DNA of 64,000 bases. It comes from Eledone cirrhosa (lineage: Eukaryota). Location: NCBI GenBank assembly GCA_964016885.1, contig OZ024743.1:214086001-214150000 (forward strand), in the 5' to 3' direction. Below are positions 27,373 through 45,820 of the stretch, piece after piece. The notes below the pieces were generated by a model that saw nothing but the letters and a program-made list of their open reading frames with translations, ran no database searches and was not told the DNA's origin. The position numbers and the translations under genes are program-made. Position 1 is the first letter of the stretch; every line of letters starts with the position of its first letter.

Positions 27373-29612
27373 TATATAATTTTCATGTATCTGTGTTAGC
27401 TGTTCTTCACAATCAACAAACTATGGCGTAATCTTGCAAAACCACATCCCATTTCCTGTACCCATATAAGAATTGGTATTACATGGATGGTATCCGACGG
27501 AGTGTTATTTTGTGCTTTTAAAAATGAAGTGCCAGTTCTATATTTCCATCCTTTAATTTAATGTATTACATAACCTCCGTAATGTATATTTCTAAAGCAT
27601 TACACAGTTATTGCGTAATTATTGCATATTGCTAATATATCGGCAGATGTACATAAGGTGTAATATATGCGAATATTTACCCATATATATATTCGAAAGG
27701 TAAAAGGAAACAATAAAGCAAACAATATCACGCAATGAACTATTTTAACGTTTAGTATATTATGAAAAGTATATACAATGGGAAATGACAGATGAGATAG
27801 CAAGTCAGAGAGTGAAAAGAATAGGGAAAGGAAAAAAAATCGTTTTGGGGAGAATAATCACTTGTGTGTTCCTATATATAAACAAACATGTTTAAAAAGG
27901 AGGGACAGAATTTGGATTTATGAGAAAATTAGAAACTTTATCGAATTCTTTAACCATAAAACCGTATTGTAAATTATAGGTTATATACAGGATTTTAACG
28001 GAAGATAATTAGCATTAGCACCCGCGAGACACCAACTCTCACTCTAAATCTTGTCAGGCCGAATGGCTACCGTTACTTGAAAGCACCGCCCGCATTTTCT
28101 ACCGTTATCTTATAGCTATAGAGCATAGTGAGAGAGAAAACAACAAACGTGACCACTGATTAAAGTACCATCTCGAAAAACATTATATCTTCTTTAATAG
28201 CTGTATTCTGAATCGTTATGTCTCGATTCCATCATCATCGAAAATATCTTACGTTCCACAACATTAGAGACTTTGAAGCAAAATGTCTACCAATGGTATC
28301 CAGTATTTTACACCTATCAATCATTACCCATTTGGAATCGCTGGAATGCCGATCCCTCAGCACCTGTCACTCATGTGTCTTTTTCATGATATGTAATATT
28401 TCCATCTCCCATCAAGAACCTACGATCTCGAACACGAATGATAAATTACGGTAGAACATGGAACAACTTGATGGCAGTGGATCCCTGTCACAAGGATAAC
28501 AGAAGGAGGTGTTATCTACATCAACCTTTACAGAAAGTCGCCTGCAGAGTTCTGTTTGTAAAGGACAAATCACAAAAATCACCAAATCACAAAGTGCCCA
28601 AATCGGATATATAGCCTTATATAGCAATTTCCTTTTCACAAATCTTCAGCAATCGGAAGAGGTATTCCAAGAAAAGATATGTGCAAATAATACTCAAATC
28701 GTGATTATATCTAGTCACCTGCCCCAACACGTCTCTTACGTAACGGGTACATCTCTATACATTTTCATGTTGCTTCGGATAAATATAATCAAGTGTCTGC
28801 CATAAACTATAATACATGTTACTAAATGAAATTCATGGGATGGAGATCTTAGGTAGAACCGTTGCTAAGGCTTATGTTATGTGTAAACACAAAAATCGAT
28901 TGGTTCATATATGTATATGTTTTGTAGAAAACTCCCTTTATTATTAGAGTTGAGTCTCAAACGCCAAATACTTTATAACACATATCCGAAAACAAAATAT
29001 ATATCAATTCCATCTGATTCTAGCATTACGAGCACAATATCATTGTGACAACTCACTAGAACTGAACAATTTAACGAGTTACTTTTTCAATGATATGTGT
29101 GATACTGTAAGAAGAATTAAGCCAAATAACCTTTACTGATTGATTGCTCCAGACAGATGTTTCTTTTCCAATTTAAGAGTGTTTGATTATAATGTATTTA
29201 CCTTGTAAGATCAATCACTCAAATGAATAATAAAACATGCAAACATTCATTTTAAGTGTGAAATTTACAGTTAGAAATTATGGAAGTATAAGCGTTTTAC
29301 TCAATTCTACTGTCATATTTCAAATAATTGCCACATAGAATCCTATATCAGACTAGATTTGTATATTAAATTCCAGTTTCAACCACTTAATTGTATGATT
29401 CTCTTTTACACTAATAGGTTTTTCAGTTGATATAACATAAATTATACATCAGATATTTATCTCGTACATAATATTCAATGATCCCTAAAATATAGTAATG
29501 CGATAAACACCCGCCCCTCCTCAAAGAAATTATCCTGTATTTCAAGTGGAGGGATAAAAATGTGTAATAGGATTTAGGAATATAAATATGTTTGTATATA
29601 TATATAGACACT

Positions 29613-29715
<103 letters not shown>

Positions 29716-29743
29716 ACATATATGTATACATATATATATATTC

Positions 29744-29790
<47 letters not shown>

Positions 29791-31305
29791 CATACATACA
29801 CAGACACACATATATATGTGAGTGTTTGTGCGTACGTCTTTGCGTACATATAATTAAGTATGGGTCTAAGTGCAAATATAAACATACATATGTACATATG
29901 CACATGTGCACAACGACATAGACATACCCCCCCCCCCCCAACACACACACACATATACCTATCCATATATTTAGATAAAGTTGCTATTTGAAAGAGATAC
30001 GCTGACAGTATTTTTGAGAATATTTTGAATGCCTCAGGAAATTATGAAAAACTTATGCTATTAAAAGTATACAAATTTTACCGCAGGCTCAATTGGAAAT
30101 ACGAGAATTGTAACAATTATTTTTGTCATTCTGCATAAATATTTTTTGTATCCTTAAAATCTGATAGTTTTCATAGTTCATTAACACACCAGATCGCAGT
30201 AATATACAGCAAAGCCTGACTATATATAACTATATTAACACATGAATACGCGCATTACAAACACACACACTCACACACACTCGCACACACACACATACAC
30301 ACACATATACACACATACACACACATCTATACATACATATAAGTTATATTCAATTTGTCATCTGTCGAATCCGCGTTTTTGCTTGTGCAATTATTTTCGC
30401 AGTTCATCAGTCTGTTTACCTGGAATGTATGTTGACAGGGTTTGGGTTCTACTAGAGATTCCTTGTGGAGGCTGAGAGAACATGTAGTGGTCGGTTGCCA
30501 GTAAGATAAGGGAGGAGTTAACTGTTACTTGGGCTTTTGTAAAATAGTAAGTAATTTAGATTTGCAGAATCTTTTATATGGGCTGGAAAGTTATAGCTTT
30601 GTATTTACCTAAAACGTTTCATAGGCGGAATATAAATGTTATAGAAGTTAGAGATTTTTATGAAATGGCCAGATACGTGGGGTGCGTGGTGGGTTAGTTG
30701 TATTTAGTACACATGGAACGGAAGATGGTATGGAGTAAAAGAAACAAGGGATAAAGGGTGGTACACTGTATAAGGAGGTTAGGGTAGTTACATGGGTCAC
30801 TGTGAAAGCGGGATGGTGTGTCTATTTGTGGTGGTGGTGGGGGTGTATGTGTGATGATGTTAGTTTACTTGAAAACTTGCGTTACTTTCTTTAATTAATA
30901 GGTTCTCTTAATATAATTTGGTCGTGTAAGTATAATTAAATAATTAGTGGTATAAGTATAATTAATTGAGTTCATGTATCTAAGGCCGTATTGGTATAAC
31001 TAATTATTTACTTGTGTTGGTGTGTGTTATTGCGTGTCTATGCGTATCTATGCAAACGCTCAAGTGGGTGTATTGGTAACAATATTAAAATGGTGAACGG
31101 TTAATGTAGGTGGGAGAATGGATGGGAGGTGGCTGGAGAGTAAGATCTGACTAAAGGAAGAGGAGTGGATAATATATATATATATTTACACACACACACA
31201 CACACACACACACCTACGGTGTTGAGGGTAAAGTAGGTGTGTAGTTGTGAGGATGTATAGGAGGTGGGTGGTTGGGAAAAATCTGACAAAAGGGTGAGAG
31301 GTGGA

Positions 31306-31339
<34 letters not shown>

Positions 31340-31341
<2 letters not shown>

Positions 31342-31529
31342 CGAAGGAAATGTGGTAAGGAACCAGATGGACCATAACGCACCAAAGTACTCCATACTTA
31401 GGGTAGTAGAGTGTGTAATAGGAACGAGTAGGACCCCGACGGCTGAGCTCAAGCCGTTTCGACGGCTAATTCTGGACCAGAATTATCCGTCGAAACGGCT
31501 TGAGCTCAGCCGTCGGGGTCCTACTCGTT

Positions 31530-31533
<4 letters not shown>
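31340..31533. mobile_element. PLE terminus family B folded back on itself (hairpin apex ~31475)
   Basis: 31418-31474 is the reverse complement of 31477-31533. Contains GAAA-CGGCT..AGCCG-TC-GGGG, the 3' half of an HHR. Confidence 0.8.
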
Positions 31534-31582
<49 letters not shown>

Positions 31583-31649
31583 TACCCTTTTACTCTTTTA
31601 CCTGTTCCAGCCATCCGGCTGAGGCCATGCTGGGGCGTATAAATAACGG

Positions 31650-32062
31650 ATTAGTTATTTAACTTGTTGATTATTCAACAAATTTAATTTATAACAGATT
31701 AGAGGCACTCAACAGCATTCTTCTGCAGTATAATATCAATAATATTAATAAATGGAAGCTATTTATATAAAACCTTATTTATTTTATTATACATATTTCA
31801 AGGGTACCACAATGTTGGTACGCACTCATCAGATAAAATACAAAAATTATTTTATAGATAGTGACATATTCAGACAAGAACTTAATGTTGTGAGTTCTAT
31901 TTAATACAACATTAAGTTCTTGTCTGAATATATCACTATCTATTAAACAATTTTTGTATTTCATCTGATGAGTGCGAAGGAAAATGTTGGTGCCATTGAA
32001 ATGTATATAATAAAATAAATATGGTTTTATAAAGATAGCTTCCATTTATTAATATTATTGAT
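31650..32062. mobile_element. Inverted pair of family-A termini with two HHRs, at 31780-31840 (-) and 31957-32017 (+)
   Basis: Arms 31735-31890 and 31907-32062, tail 31650-31734. Both have CTGATGA..GAAA..TA with TATTT(T/C)AT/ATAAAATA stem I. Confidence 0.8.
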
Positions 32063-32257
32063 ATATATATATATACCTACGCACACACATATATATATAT
32101 ATGTATACATACACACACACACATATATATATACATACATGCACACACAGATATATATATATATAGATACATACACACACATATATATATATACATGCAC
32201 ACACATATATACATAAACACACACACACACACAAACACATATATATATATATACGTA

Positions 32258-32317
<60 letters not shown>

Positions 32318-32402
32318 CACATATATATATACACATGCACACACATATATACATAAACACACACACATATATATATGTATATATGTATACATATATATAT
32401 AA

Positions 32403-32511
<109 letters not shown>

Positions 32512-32513
32512 AG

Positions 32514-36812
<4,299 letters not shown>

Positions 36813-36828
36813 ATTATATATATATATA

Positions 36829-36906
36829 ACTGTTTCTACTTTAGGCACAAGGCCAGCAATTACCCAGTGCATTACTGGTACTTTATTTTATCGACCCCGT
36901 AAGGAT
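36829..36906 (-). mobile_element. Meta-type SINE 3' fragment
   Basis: Near-identical to 8233-8308. Confidence 0.75.
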
Positions 36907-36962
36907 ATAACGGCGATGAATTAGTTTTGCGAGGTTTTTTATATGAAATCGTGTGTTGAAAC

Positions 36963-37085
<123 letters not shown>

Positions 37086-37090
37086 TATAT

Positions 37091-38180
37091 ATTAGAAAAG
37101 GGAAATAAGGTTCTATACAAAATAGTGGATATAGAGAAAAGGTGAAGTTGGAAATACCACGGAAAATATATCTAAGGGTTTTTTTTTATCCTTCCTTTGA
37201 TTCGTGAAAGTGATATTATTGAAAAGATAACATTATTGAAAAAATGAGAGGGACAATTCTTTTTAAAAGAAAGTTTTATAAAGTATATAAAATATATAAA
37301 GTATATAAAGTGTCACCGGTTTCGATGTATTATTAAAACTCAGCTTATCAATGAAGTTGAGTATTGAAAAAAAAAAGATTAATAGGAGTTAAAAACTAAA
37401 AATTAAAGATTTAAAATTAGAATCATATATTGGAGTAAGATTTCTTCCATCTTTCTTGCTCAACATTTGACTGGAGAATGAGTTCTTGTTAAAAGAGAGG
37501 TTGTAGTGAAGATGGCAGCAGCTGTGTTTCTGCACAAAGTTCTGTAAATATGTGTGTGTGTATATCTCATCGTGTTAATTGACTGGTCAAGAGTTCAAAA
37601 GGAGATGGGTAATTGTAAGCTTGAGGTAATTTCTATGGCAGCAGCAGGAGTGTAAGAGAAATTCTATTATTGGAACATAGTTTCAGGTAGTGAATATATA
37701 TTATATATATATATATAGTAATAATAATAACTTTGAAGACTAGAATCCAAAACGGGCTCGATAAGGATAAATATACATCAAATATATAAGAACCGTAGAG
37801 CAGATATTTATTAAAATAACAGTTAAAGTTTAAGCAAAGAATCGCTACTTTCACCCTTAGCGGGATCTTCTGGAAGTAAAAAAATCAATCCGTGAACGCA
37901 GAAGTAAATATTTCGAAAAACGTTGCAACCGAAGGAAGACAGGAAGCCGATACTTTGGTTCGTGGAGACGTTCCTTGGCAAAGAACGGAAAAAAACGAAT
38001 ATAATATGTCATTATTTGGAGCGGTGAGAACAATTACACGCAAAGACAAAACCGCGTTCATGGTATAAATGAAGTCGTAGACATACGAAGTATCAAATTT
38101 CGAAATAGGAGCAATTCCTTCCAGCAGGACCTGAAGAATAGAATTCGTTCTATTAAGGATTCTAATGCCGGGCATTTCCT
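37091..38180. mobile_element. Probable decayed PLE remnant
   Basis: Plus frame IRSIKFRNRSNSFQQDLKNRIRSIKDS resembles the PLE pre-RT region. Degenerate HHR-like motif on the minus strand at ~37310-37356. Bounded by (TA)n. Confidence 0.4.
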
Positions 38181-38264
38181 TTTACATATATATATATACA
38201 CACATATATGCATATATATATATACATACATATATATACATACACATACACACACACACATATA

Positions 38265-38297
<33 letters not shown>

Positions 38298-38430
38298 TCG
38301 AAAGTGAGTTTTTTTTACAAAATGAAAAGTAACCGTAGTGTCCTACACGAGGGAAGGTATAAGGAAAAAAAATGAAATCGAAAATGCAACTAAAGTATTT
38401 TTTTTTTAAATATATATATTTATTTGGTTC

Positions 38431-38466
38431 CTTGACCGGTTTCGCAGTTCTTCTGCTTTTCAAAAG
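38431..38466 (-). ncRNA. Hammerhead motif with U3-A8 variant core
   Basis: Reverse complement: CTT-TTGAAAA-GCAG aagaa CTGC-GAAA-CCGG-TC-AAG. Confidence 0.65.
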
Positions 38467-39225
38467 TAGAGTTGAGATGGAGGGTCTCTGCTTTTTCTGA
38501 CATCTGGTTGGTCTTTGAATGTTACTTGTTTTATATGGAAAAAAGTGTCTAGAATGCCAGGATAAAGAAGTAATTTGATTTGTTGGTGAAGAAGTATAAT
38601 AAATTTCGCGCCAGTTCGCGTTACAAAGTTCTTCAAACAAAGGGGGGGGAGGGGGGGGGGGGGCTCAGGTTGTTTTTTTCATATATGAGTGAAGTTTGGT
38701 TGGTTGATGCAGTCACACGAAGAAGCACACCAGCTTTCGCGCCAGTTTGTGTTTGAATTTCTTTTTAAAAGGTAGCTCACGAAAGCTTTTTTTTTTATAA
38801 ATTTGATTTGATTGTTTATAAACGAAATTATAAAAGTCACGTGAACAAGTACATTAAATTTCGCGCGCGTATTCTGGAATTTTTTAATAGTCATTTAGAG
38901 AATTTTGTGCCAAACAAAAGATAATGGTCAAGAAAAAAGGGATGGAGAGAGTTGTTCTGAGTATGACTGATGTGCTGAAATGTAATTTGATTGGTTATAA
39001 ATGAAATTATGACCGTCACGTGAACAAGTTCATTAAATGTCGCGCCCGTATTTGGGAATTTATTTTGTAGCCTTTTAGAGAATTGTGTGCCAAACAAAAG
39101 TTATGGTCAAGAGAAATGGGATGGGGAGAAATGTTCTAGTTCAGTGAATATGGATGGTGCGCTGGGGTGTCAGAATTCAGACTTTCTATTGACCACTATC
39201 TTTTGTTTGGCACAAAATTCTCTAA

Positions 39226-40120
39226 TCTATATATATAAAACTGTGGTTGTCTGTCTGTCTATCGATTTTTGGCACACATCTCCTCTTAGAATCTCTCACG
39301 TAATTGCACCGAAATTGCTATACTTGTACATTGAGCCCTAGCGAAGACATCGAAAAAAAAATATTTCAAATTGACCCACCCTATGTGACGAAATCGAATA
39401 TAATGTATCGATTTTTGAGCGTAAGTTATCAGTTATTTCCCTTTGTTCTGTTTACATTGAGCGTCTTACGTAAAAAATTACGAGCCAGCAAAATATTGAC
39501 CTGCAAAATTCATCAGTTCGAACACTAAGCTTCCGTTTTGCTTCATTTCCATTTGAAAGCATTTTAAAACAATATTTTTACTTGAAAACAAGTCTATTTA
39601 AAAACTACGTAAAACAAGCAAATATTTCGTCGTTAGGCGTGCAGACAGACAGTCGTGCAGACAGACAGTCGTGCAGAGAGGTGATATACGCGTGCAGACA
39701 GACAGTCGTGCAGAGAGGTGATATAGGCGTGCAGACAGATAGTCGTGCAGAGAGGTGATATAGGCGTGCAGACAGACAGTCGTGCAGAGAGGTGATATAG
39801 GCGTGCAGACAGACATAACTGATAATTTGGTTACGCTAATGTTTTTCTCTGCGTTGCAGTGTTTACATTTTCGATCTTTGTTAATAAATAACCAGTGCAG
39901 TTTCTATCCCCAGCATCCTCTTTTGTTATAACATTCGGGTTATCGTTATGTTTTCTTAACTTCATAAGGCATATTGTTGGTTGAGGGAATATTAATCAAA
40001 AACACCACATGCAAGTCTGCACAGTAGACACTACAGTTTTTAAGCCAAGACAGAAACTTAACATTGTAACTTTAACACAGCTACTGAGCGACCCCGAGCA
40101 ACGCCGGGCTTTACTGCTAG
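39226..40120 (+). mobile_element. Complete non-autonomous Helitron
   Basis: A|TC start, cccgagcaacgccggg hairpin, CTAG|T end, no TSD. The empty site is visible in the opposite arm at ~38890. Confidence 0.85.
39636..39815. repeat. ~37-bp minisatellite inside the Helitron (gtgcagacagacagtcgtgcagagaggtgatataggc)
   Basis: About 4.5 tandem units read directly. Confidence 0.9.
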
Positions 40121-41004
40121 TTGTCTATAAAAAATAAATTCCAAAATACGGGCGCGAGATTTAATGTACTTGTTCACGTGACAGTCATAATTTTATTTAT
40201 AACCAATCAAATTACATTTATAAAAATAAGACTTCGTGAGCCACCTTTTTTTTAAGTAAAAAGAAAATCAAACACAAACTGGCGCGAAAGCTGATGTGTT
40301 TATTCACGTGGCTGCATCACCCAACCAAACCTCACTCATATACAACAACCAGAGCACCCTCTTTGTTTTGAAGAACTTTGTAACGCGAACTGGCGCGAAA
40401 TTTATTATACTTATTTACCAACCAATCAAATTACTTCTTTACAAACCTGGCATTTCGAGCCACTTTTTTCCATACAAAACAAGTAACATTCAAAGACCAA
40501 CCAGATGTGAGAAAAATCACAGACCCTCCATCTCAACTGTACTTTTTAAAAGCAGAAGAACTGCGAAATTGGTAAAGGAACCAAATAAATATATATATAA
40601 AAAAAAAAGACTGCAGTTGCATTTTAGATTTCATCTTTTTTCCTCTTATATATATAAAATATATGGATGAGAAGAGTGCTGTGTGATTACTGATAACGGG
40701 TGTTAGAAGGTAAAGGGACACACACAAGAGGTAGACATTCCCCCCTCGTCAGTAGTTAACCACAGATCACGCATTATTAACTATAAATCTATTCGTAGCG
40801 CGCCCATAGCGTTTTATCTATCAAAAGACCGTGAGGGAGAGAAGATGTATAGTTAATAATGCGTCGAAACATCTGTAATCCGTAGTTAACTACTGATGAA
40901 GAGAGACTGTCCACCCGTTATATATCTATATCTTTATAACATAATTTGTAGGCCGGCCGTAATGTGAAGACGGACATCGGACATCATATTTATCAGGCTT
41001 GTAC

Positions 41005-41077
<73 letters not shown>

Positions 41078-41709
41078 GACATACAGGCCAGATAAATATG
41101 ATGTTCGTATTCACGTTACGGCCGGTCGACAAATTATACATAGATTCTATTTGATGTGGTTGAATTTAGAAACGTATTTGTTTGCAAACTCAAAGCTCCA
41201 TGAAATATACATTGTATCTGCTGAAATCACATGCCATCAACAAAGAAAATGGAAACAAAATAACTAGTGACTGTTAGCAATAGTTTTGTATATTGAAAAG
41301 GAAACGATAAAATGCGTATTATTTTTAGTTAGTCACTATAAAATTTATAAAAATCTTCTTGGTCTCCATTTCTATTTTATGAACAAACATTTATTCATAT
41401 TCCTACGCAATTACTTTGGATTACCAATAAACTGTAATACTGTTTTTTTTTTATTAAGGTAAGGTTAATTTTTTATGTAGGTTTCAGAAATATAAAACAA
41501 ATGTATTTTCTATGGAAGTAATTTTATCTTGACAGTGTTTCGAATACATATATTTCGGTTTCCTAGGATACATTTGAAAAATACAAAAGCGTATATATAT
41601 ATTTTTTCTTTGTCATTGTCGTTTATTTCCAAAATAACAAAGAACATACAATAAAATTCCTATTCGTCTAGTATTTACTAATATAACATTCACATCAGTA
41701 GACAAGAAA

Positions 41710-41762
<53 letters not shown>

Positions 41763-41904
41763 TATATAAAATATTTCATGTGATTTAAAGCAGCTGTGAT
41801 AGAACAAATACACCGATGTATATATATATATAATAGTAATAATAATAATAATAATAGTAATAATGATAATAATAATAATAATAATAATAATAAGAAGAAG
41901 AAGA

Positions 41905-43220
41905 AGAAAACATTGAAAACGACACTCCTTTTGAATAGTGAAACAAAATCACTGGAAGCTGGAGAAGTTAATATTAATTGTGGAATTTTTGATGGTGACT
42001 CTTTATCACTGCTTTTATTCTGCACGCACTTATACCATTAGGTAAAATGCTCAATGATGAACAATTGCAAGGGCTATTATCCACTGTGGAGCAGTTCAGT
42101 GATGACATTAAAAAGGAGTTTGGACTAGATAAATGCGCCAAAGCAACGTTTACAAAGCTGCTGAAAAGTTCAGATATTAATCTTGATCGGGGGAATGTGA
42201 TAAGAGAACTTGATCAAGAGGAAACTTACAACTATCTAGGTGTTTGTGAAGGAGACGGAATCAAGCACTCGACAATGAGGAAAAGGATAAGGAAGGAATG
42301 TTACCGCAGAGTAAGAGCAATCTTAAGAACGGAATTGAATGCAAGGAATAGGATCGATGCCATAAACACGCTTGCCATACAAGTAGTAACCTACAGTTAC
42401 AATGTCATCAACTGATCAAGCACAGAGATCCGTAGGTTCGATACAAAAATTCGAAAATTCTTAACCATGCGCAGGATGCATCACCCTAAGACAGATACAG
42501 ATAGAATATATCTCCCTAGGAAAGAAGGTGGACGTGGGTTAATCCAGTTAGATATTGCGTTGAAAACTGCAACAATTGAATTATCTACATATCTAAGGGA
42601 AATAGATGATTGGATGATCAAACTCGTTTTGAAACACGAAAGCATCAAAAGATCATACTCCATTACAAAAAATGCACAAATATACAGTAATGGACTACAC
42701 ATTTCAGAAGTCCCATTTACTGCTGAAATGGAAAACACAGAAAAAGCAAAGCAGGTAAAAGTAACTGCAAAGAAAGAACTGCAAAGAAACTGGCTAAGAA
42801 ATAGCAAGAAAAACCTCAGTATGGAAAATATCCAGAAAGAGCTAACAATCCTGATGTTGACAACACTTTAACCCATCAGTGGTTGGCATCCGCTGGACTG
42901 AAATCAGAGACTGAAGGACTGATTATTTCAGCACAAGATCAGTGTCTGCCAACAAAAAATTACCAAGCCAACATAATAATAAAATGGATGCAGCCCATTA
43001 TCCCGTGTATGTAAAAAACAACCAGAGACCATTGATCATATAATTTCAACGTGCAGTCCTATAGCTCCAACCTAAACAGGCATGACAGAGCTGCAAAATA
43101 CATACATTGGATAATGTGTAAGCATTTTGACCTGCCCCACCAAAAGAATTGGTGGGAGCATCAACCACCTCCTATACTTGAAAAATATCACATCTCAATC
43201 TTGTGGAACTTTAGCATCCA
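41905..43220 (+). mobile_element. Decayed R4/Dong-type RLE non-LTR retrotransposon
   Basis: GIFDGDSLSLLLFC, FGLDKCAK, YLPRKEGGRGL, LKSETEGLIISAQDQ, ETIDHI..C, RHD. Upstream (AAT)n. Confidence 0.85.
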
Positions 43221-43239
43221 AGAGAGAAGAAGAACGATA

Positions 43240-43410
43240 GACTTTCGTCAAATCGGACCGAGGGAACAATGTTTCCGTTGGTCTTTCCAATTGCTAATAC
43301 TATCTATCGGTGGCAACTACAGGTAGAAGGATCAACGTGAAATAAAGTGTCTTGCTCAAGGACATAACGCATCGCCTGGTCCAGGAATCGAAATCACAAC
43401 CTTACGATTG
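43240..43410 (-). mobile_element. tRNA-derived SINE family 2
   Basis: Reverse complement ttcgattcctggaccaggcgatgcgttatgtccttgagcaagacactt. Homologous to 60240-60505. Confidence 0.65.
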
Positions 43411-44979
43411 TTGGATGTAGTATAATAATTGGTTGTTGTTCAAATTTATTGCTGTGTAGTGTGTATTGTTTTGGTTGTTTTGTTTTGTTTGCGTTTGTCG
43501 TGGGTTTTGTTTCTGTTTCGCTTTTTTGTGACTTTTGTGGTGTTGGTGTTGGTGGAGTTGGGGTTAATGATGGTGATGGTGTTGGTGTTTGTGGTGATGG
43601 GGTTGGTGATGCTGGTGTGGATGGTGGCATAGCTGTCGTAACTTTTTTGTTTGATAGTTTATTTGTTTCCCTCTGTATTTTGTTTTTGGAGGGGGAAGGA
43701 AGGGGATTTTTTTCTTTTTTGTTTCGTTTTCTTTTTTTCTTTTTTCCTGATACCGTTTCCCACTCCTCGTCGTCACAATCTGTCTCCAGTTGCGATAGGT
43801 CGGGGAGTGGAAAATCCTCCACAGGCGTTGGATTTGGTTGTGGCGTGGTGGATGGTGTAGGCGCTGATGCTAGTTCTGGCGCGTTGGGTGGTGGTGTTGT
43901 TGGTTTTTCTACTGTTGATGGGGTTGTTGCTGTTACAGTTGGTTCTGTTGTTGCTGCTACAGTTGTTGCTGCCATCTCTGCTGCTGGTGGTGTTGATGGT
44001 TGAGTCACTGGGGTGGGTAAGAGAGGTGGCCTCAACCTTTTAGCCTGAGGGCAGAAAGCCCTTAGGTGGATTCCTTCACTACAAACGACACACCTAGGCC
44101 TTCTGCCCTCGACGATTATGGTGAGGTGACTGCCGTCAATGAGGGCTATTACCTGTGGGATCTCCTCAATGCTTTTTTGGTCCGCTTGGATCAGGAGCTC
44201 CACCCCAGATCCGGACCAGTTCTCCTGCTTTTCTTTCGCTATTTCTTGGTGTTGGCCTCGATGCCGGCGTGACGGCAGCCATTAGCCAGGGAATTTCGTA
44301 CCCATCTTTCTTTACCATTCATTGGCTTCTTCTAATTCCTCCTGAGTTACCTGGATCGCTTCGCACATTTTTGCTACTCTGGCAAAACTCAGTGTAGTTT
44401 TCTTAATTTCATTATTGCTGTTGTTGTTATCGTTATTTTTGTTATTGTTAATTTTACTTTCAGTTGTGGTGGTGGTGGCGTCAGTGGTGTTCGGTGTGGA
44501 AGAGTTCATTTTGGTTGAATTCATTTCGATATCACGAGTTAATTTACTTTTTTCTTTTGTTTCTGTTGTCGCTGTGATGGTGGTGGGGGTGGCAGCTTTA
44601 ACACCTGCAGTCATTGATAATGGCGGAAATGAACGTCTGCCTGAGACAAATTTAAAATATTGCTACTGCTTACATTTCCAGTGTTGGCAAACGTAGCAAT
44701 ATTTACAATGGTGGTGTCGATGTGAGGTGTTAGATTGTGAGGAACGAGTGACTCTGAGACATCCATGATTTTTAAAGAAACATTTTTGTTTGATAATTAT
44801 AAAAAGTTTAAATTTTGGGCTCAAGGCTCCAATATTTTTGAGTGTCCTTTTCAGAAATAAATGTATGTGCACTTATATACAGTTAACAATAAAAATTTTC
44901 CATACATGTTAATTTTAAACAACTGAAAATAACAAACCTTTGCGGAGCTCACGATGATAGGTTTTACTACGTAGGTCGC
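43411..44979 (-). mobile_element. 5' half of an L1/Tx1-type LINE: UTR plus frameshifted gag-like ORF1
   Basis: Zn knuckle CVVCSEGIHLRAFC (CX2CX4HX4C) after IIVEGRRPR, WETVSGKKKK basic motif, Pro/Thr-rich. Starts next to (AAT)n. Confidence 0.7.
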
Positions 44980-45002
44980 CAATAATAATAATAATAATAA
45001 AA

Positions 45003-45800
45003 ACTGAATTCAGAGATCCACAGACATGGAACTGGTTGAAAAGTGGAGACCTTAAAAAGGCTACAGAAGGAATGCTAATAGCTGCGCAAGAGCAGGCCCT
45101 CAAAACGAAGTGGCTGAAACACCATATTTACATGGAGTCTAGCCCACTGTGTAGGACCTGTGGAGAGAGAGGAGACTGTGGCTCACATTGTATCCGAATG
45201 TAAACACCTAGCCCAGACTCACTATAAAGGCCGGAGACATGATGAGATGGGCAGGGTGATCCACTGGCACCTATGCAAAGTAAACAATTTACCACATTCT
45301 GAGAAGTGATATGAGCATAAGCCAGAGTCGGTGATAGAAAACGATCAGGTGCAGGTGCTGTGGGATTTTAGGATACAGACGGACAAGAAACTGGAACACA
45401 ATAGACCTGACCTGGTGGTTTAGGACAAGCAAAAAAGATCATGCTTGATTGTGGATGTGGCCTGCCCATTCGACACGAGAGTGCACGAGAAGGAGAGGGA
45501 GAAAATTAACCGATACCAGGACTTAAAGTGGGAGCTAAAAAGATTTGGAACTGCCATGAAGTCAAGGTGGTCCCGATTGTCATAGGCGCACTAGGTACTA
45601 TCTCAAAAAGCTTCCAGGGATGGTTAAAGAAAATTGGCCCTGCCCCGCTTTTTGGAACACTTTAAAAGGCGTGCTTGCTGGGAACAGCAAGAACCCTCCG
45701 ATACGTCCTGAATATCTGAGGCTGCAGGTAGTGGCTTGATATTCATCTCAACAAACTTTCCAGTTAACTAACATCAATGACAGAGACTCAAAGAACATTA
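45003..45800 (+). mobile_element. 5'-truncated R4/Dong-type element (CCHC plus RLE) in (AAT)n
   Basis: TEGMLIAAQEQAL, CRTC..ETVAHIVSEC, RHD, RPDLVV..IVDVACP, IVIGALG. (AAT)n on both sides. Confidence 0.9.
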
Positions 45801-45820
45801 ATAATAATAATATTAATAAT

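Larger units (their letters stand above)
38297..40646. mobile_element. Inverted pair of PLE termini (38361-38940 vs 39188-39225 plus 40121-40646), right arm interrupted by a Helitron
   Basis: Arms are reverse complements once the Helitron is removed. Unique tail 38297-38360. Internal duplication 38975-39125. Confidence 0.75.

Noticed and set aside
30370-31310. GT-skewed region with loose direct repeats
   Set aside because: Probably a decayed retroelement UTR, but no diagnostic motif was found.
39636-39815. Regular repeats superficially like a CRISPR array
   Set aside because: No unique spacers, no cas genes, eukaryotic context; it is a minisatellite.
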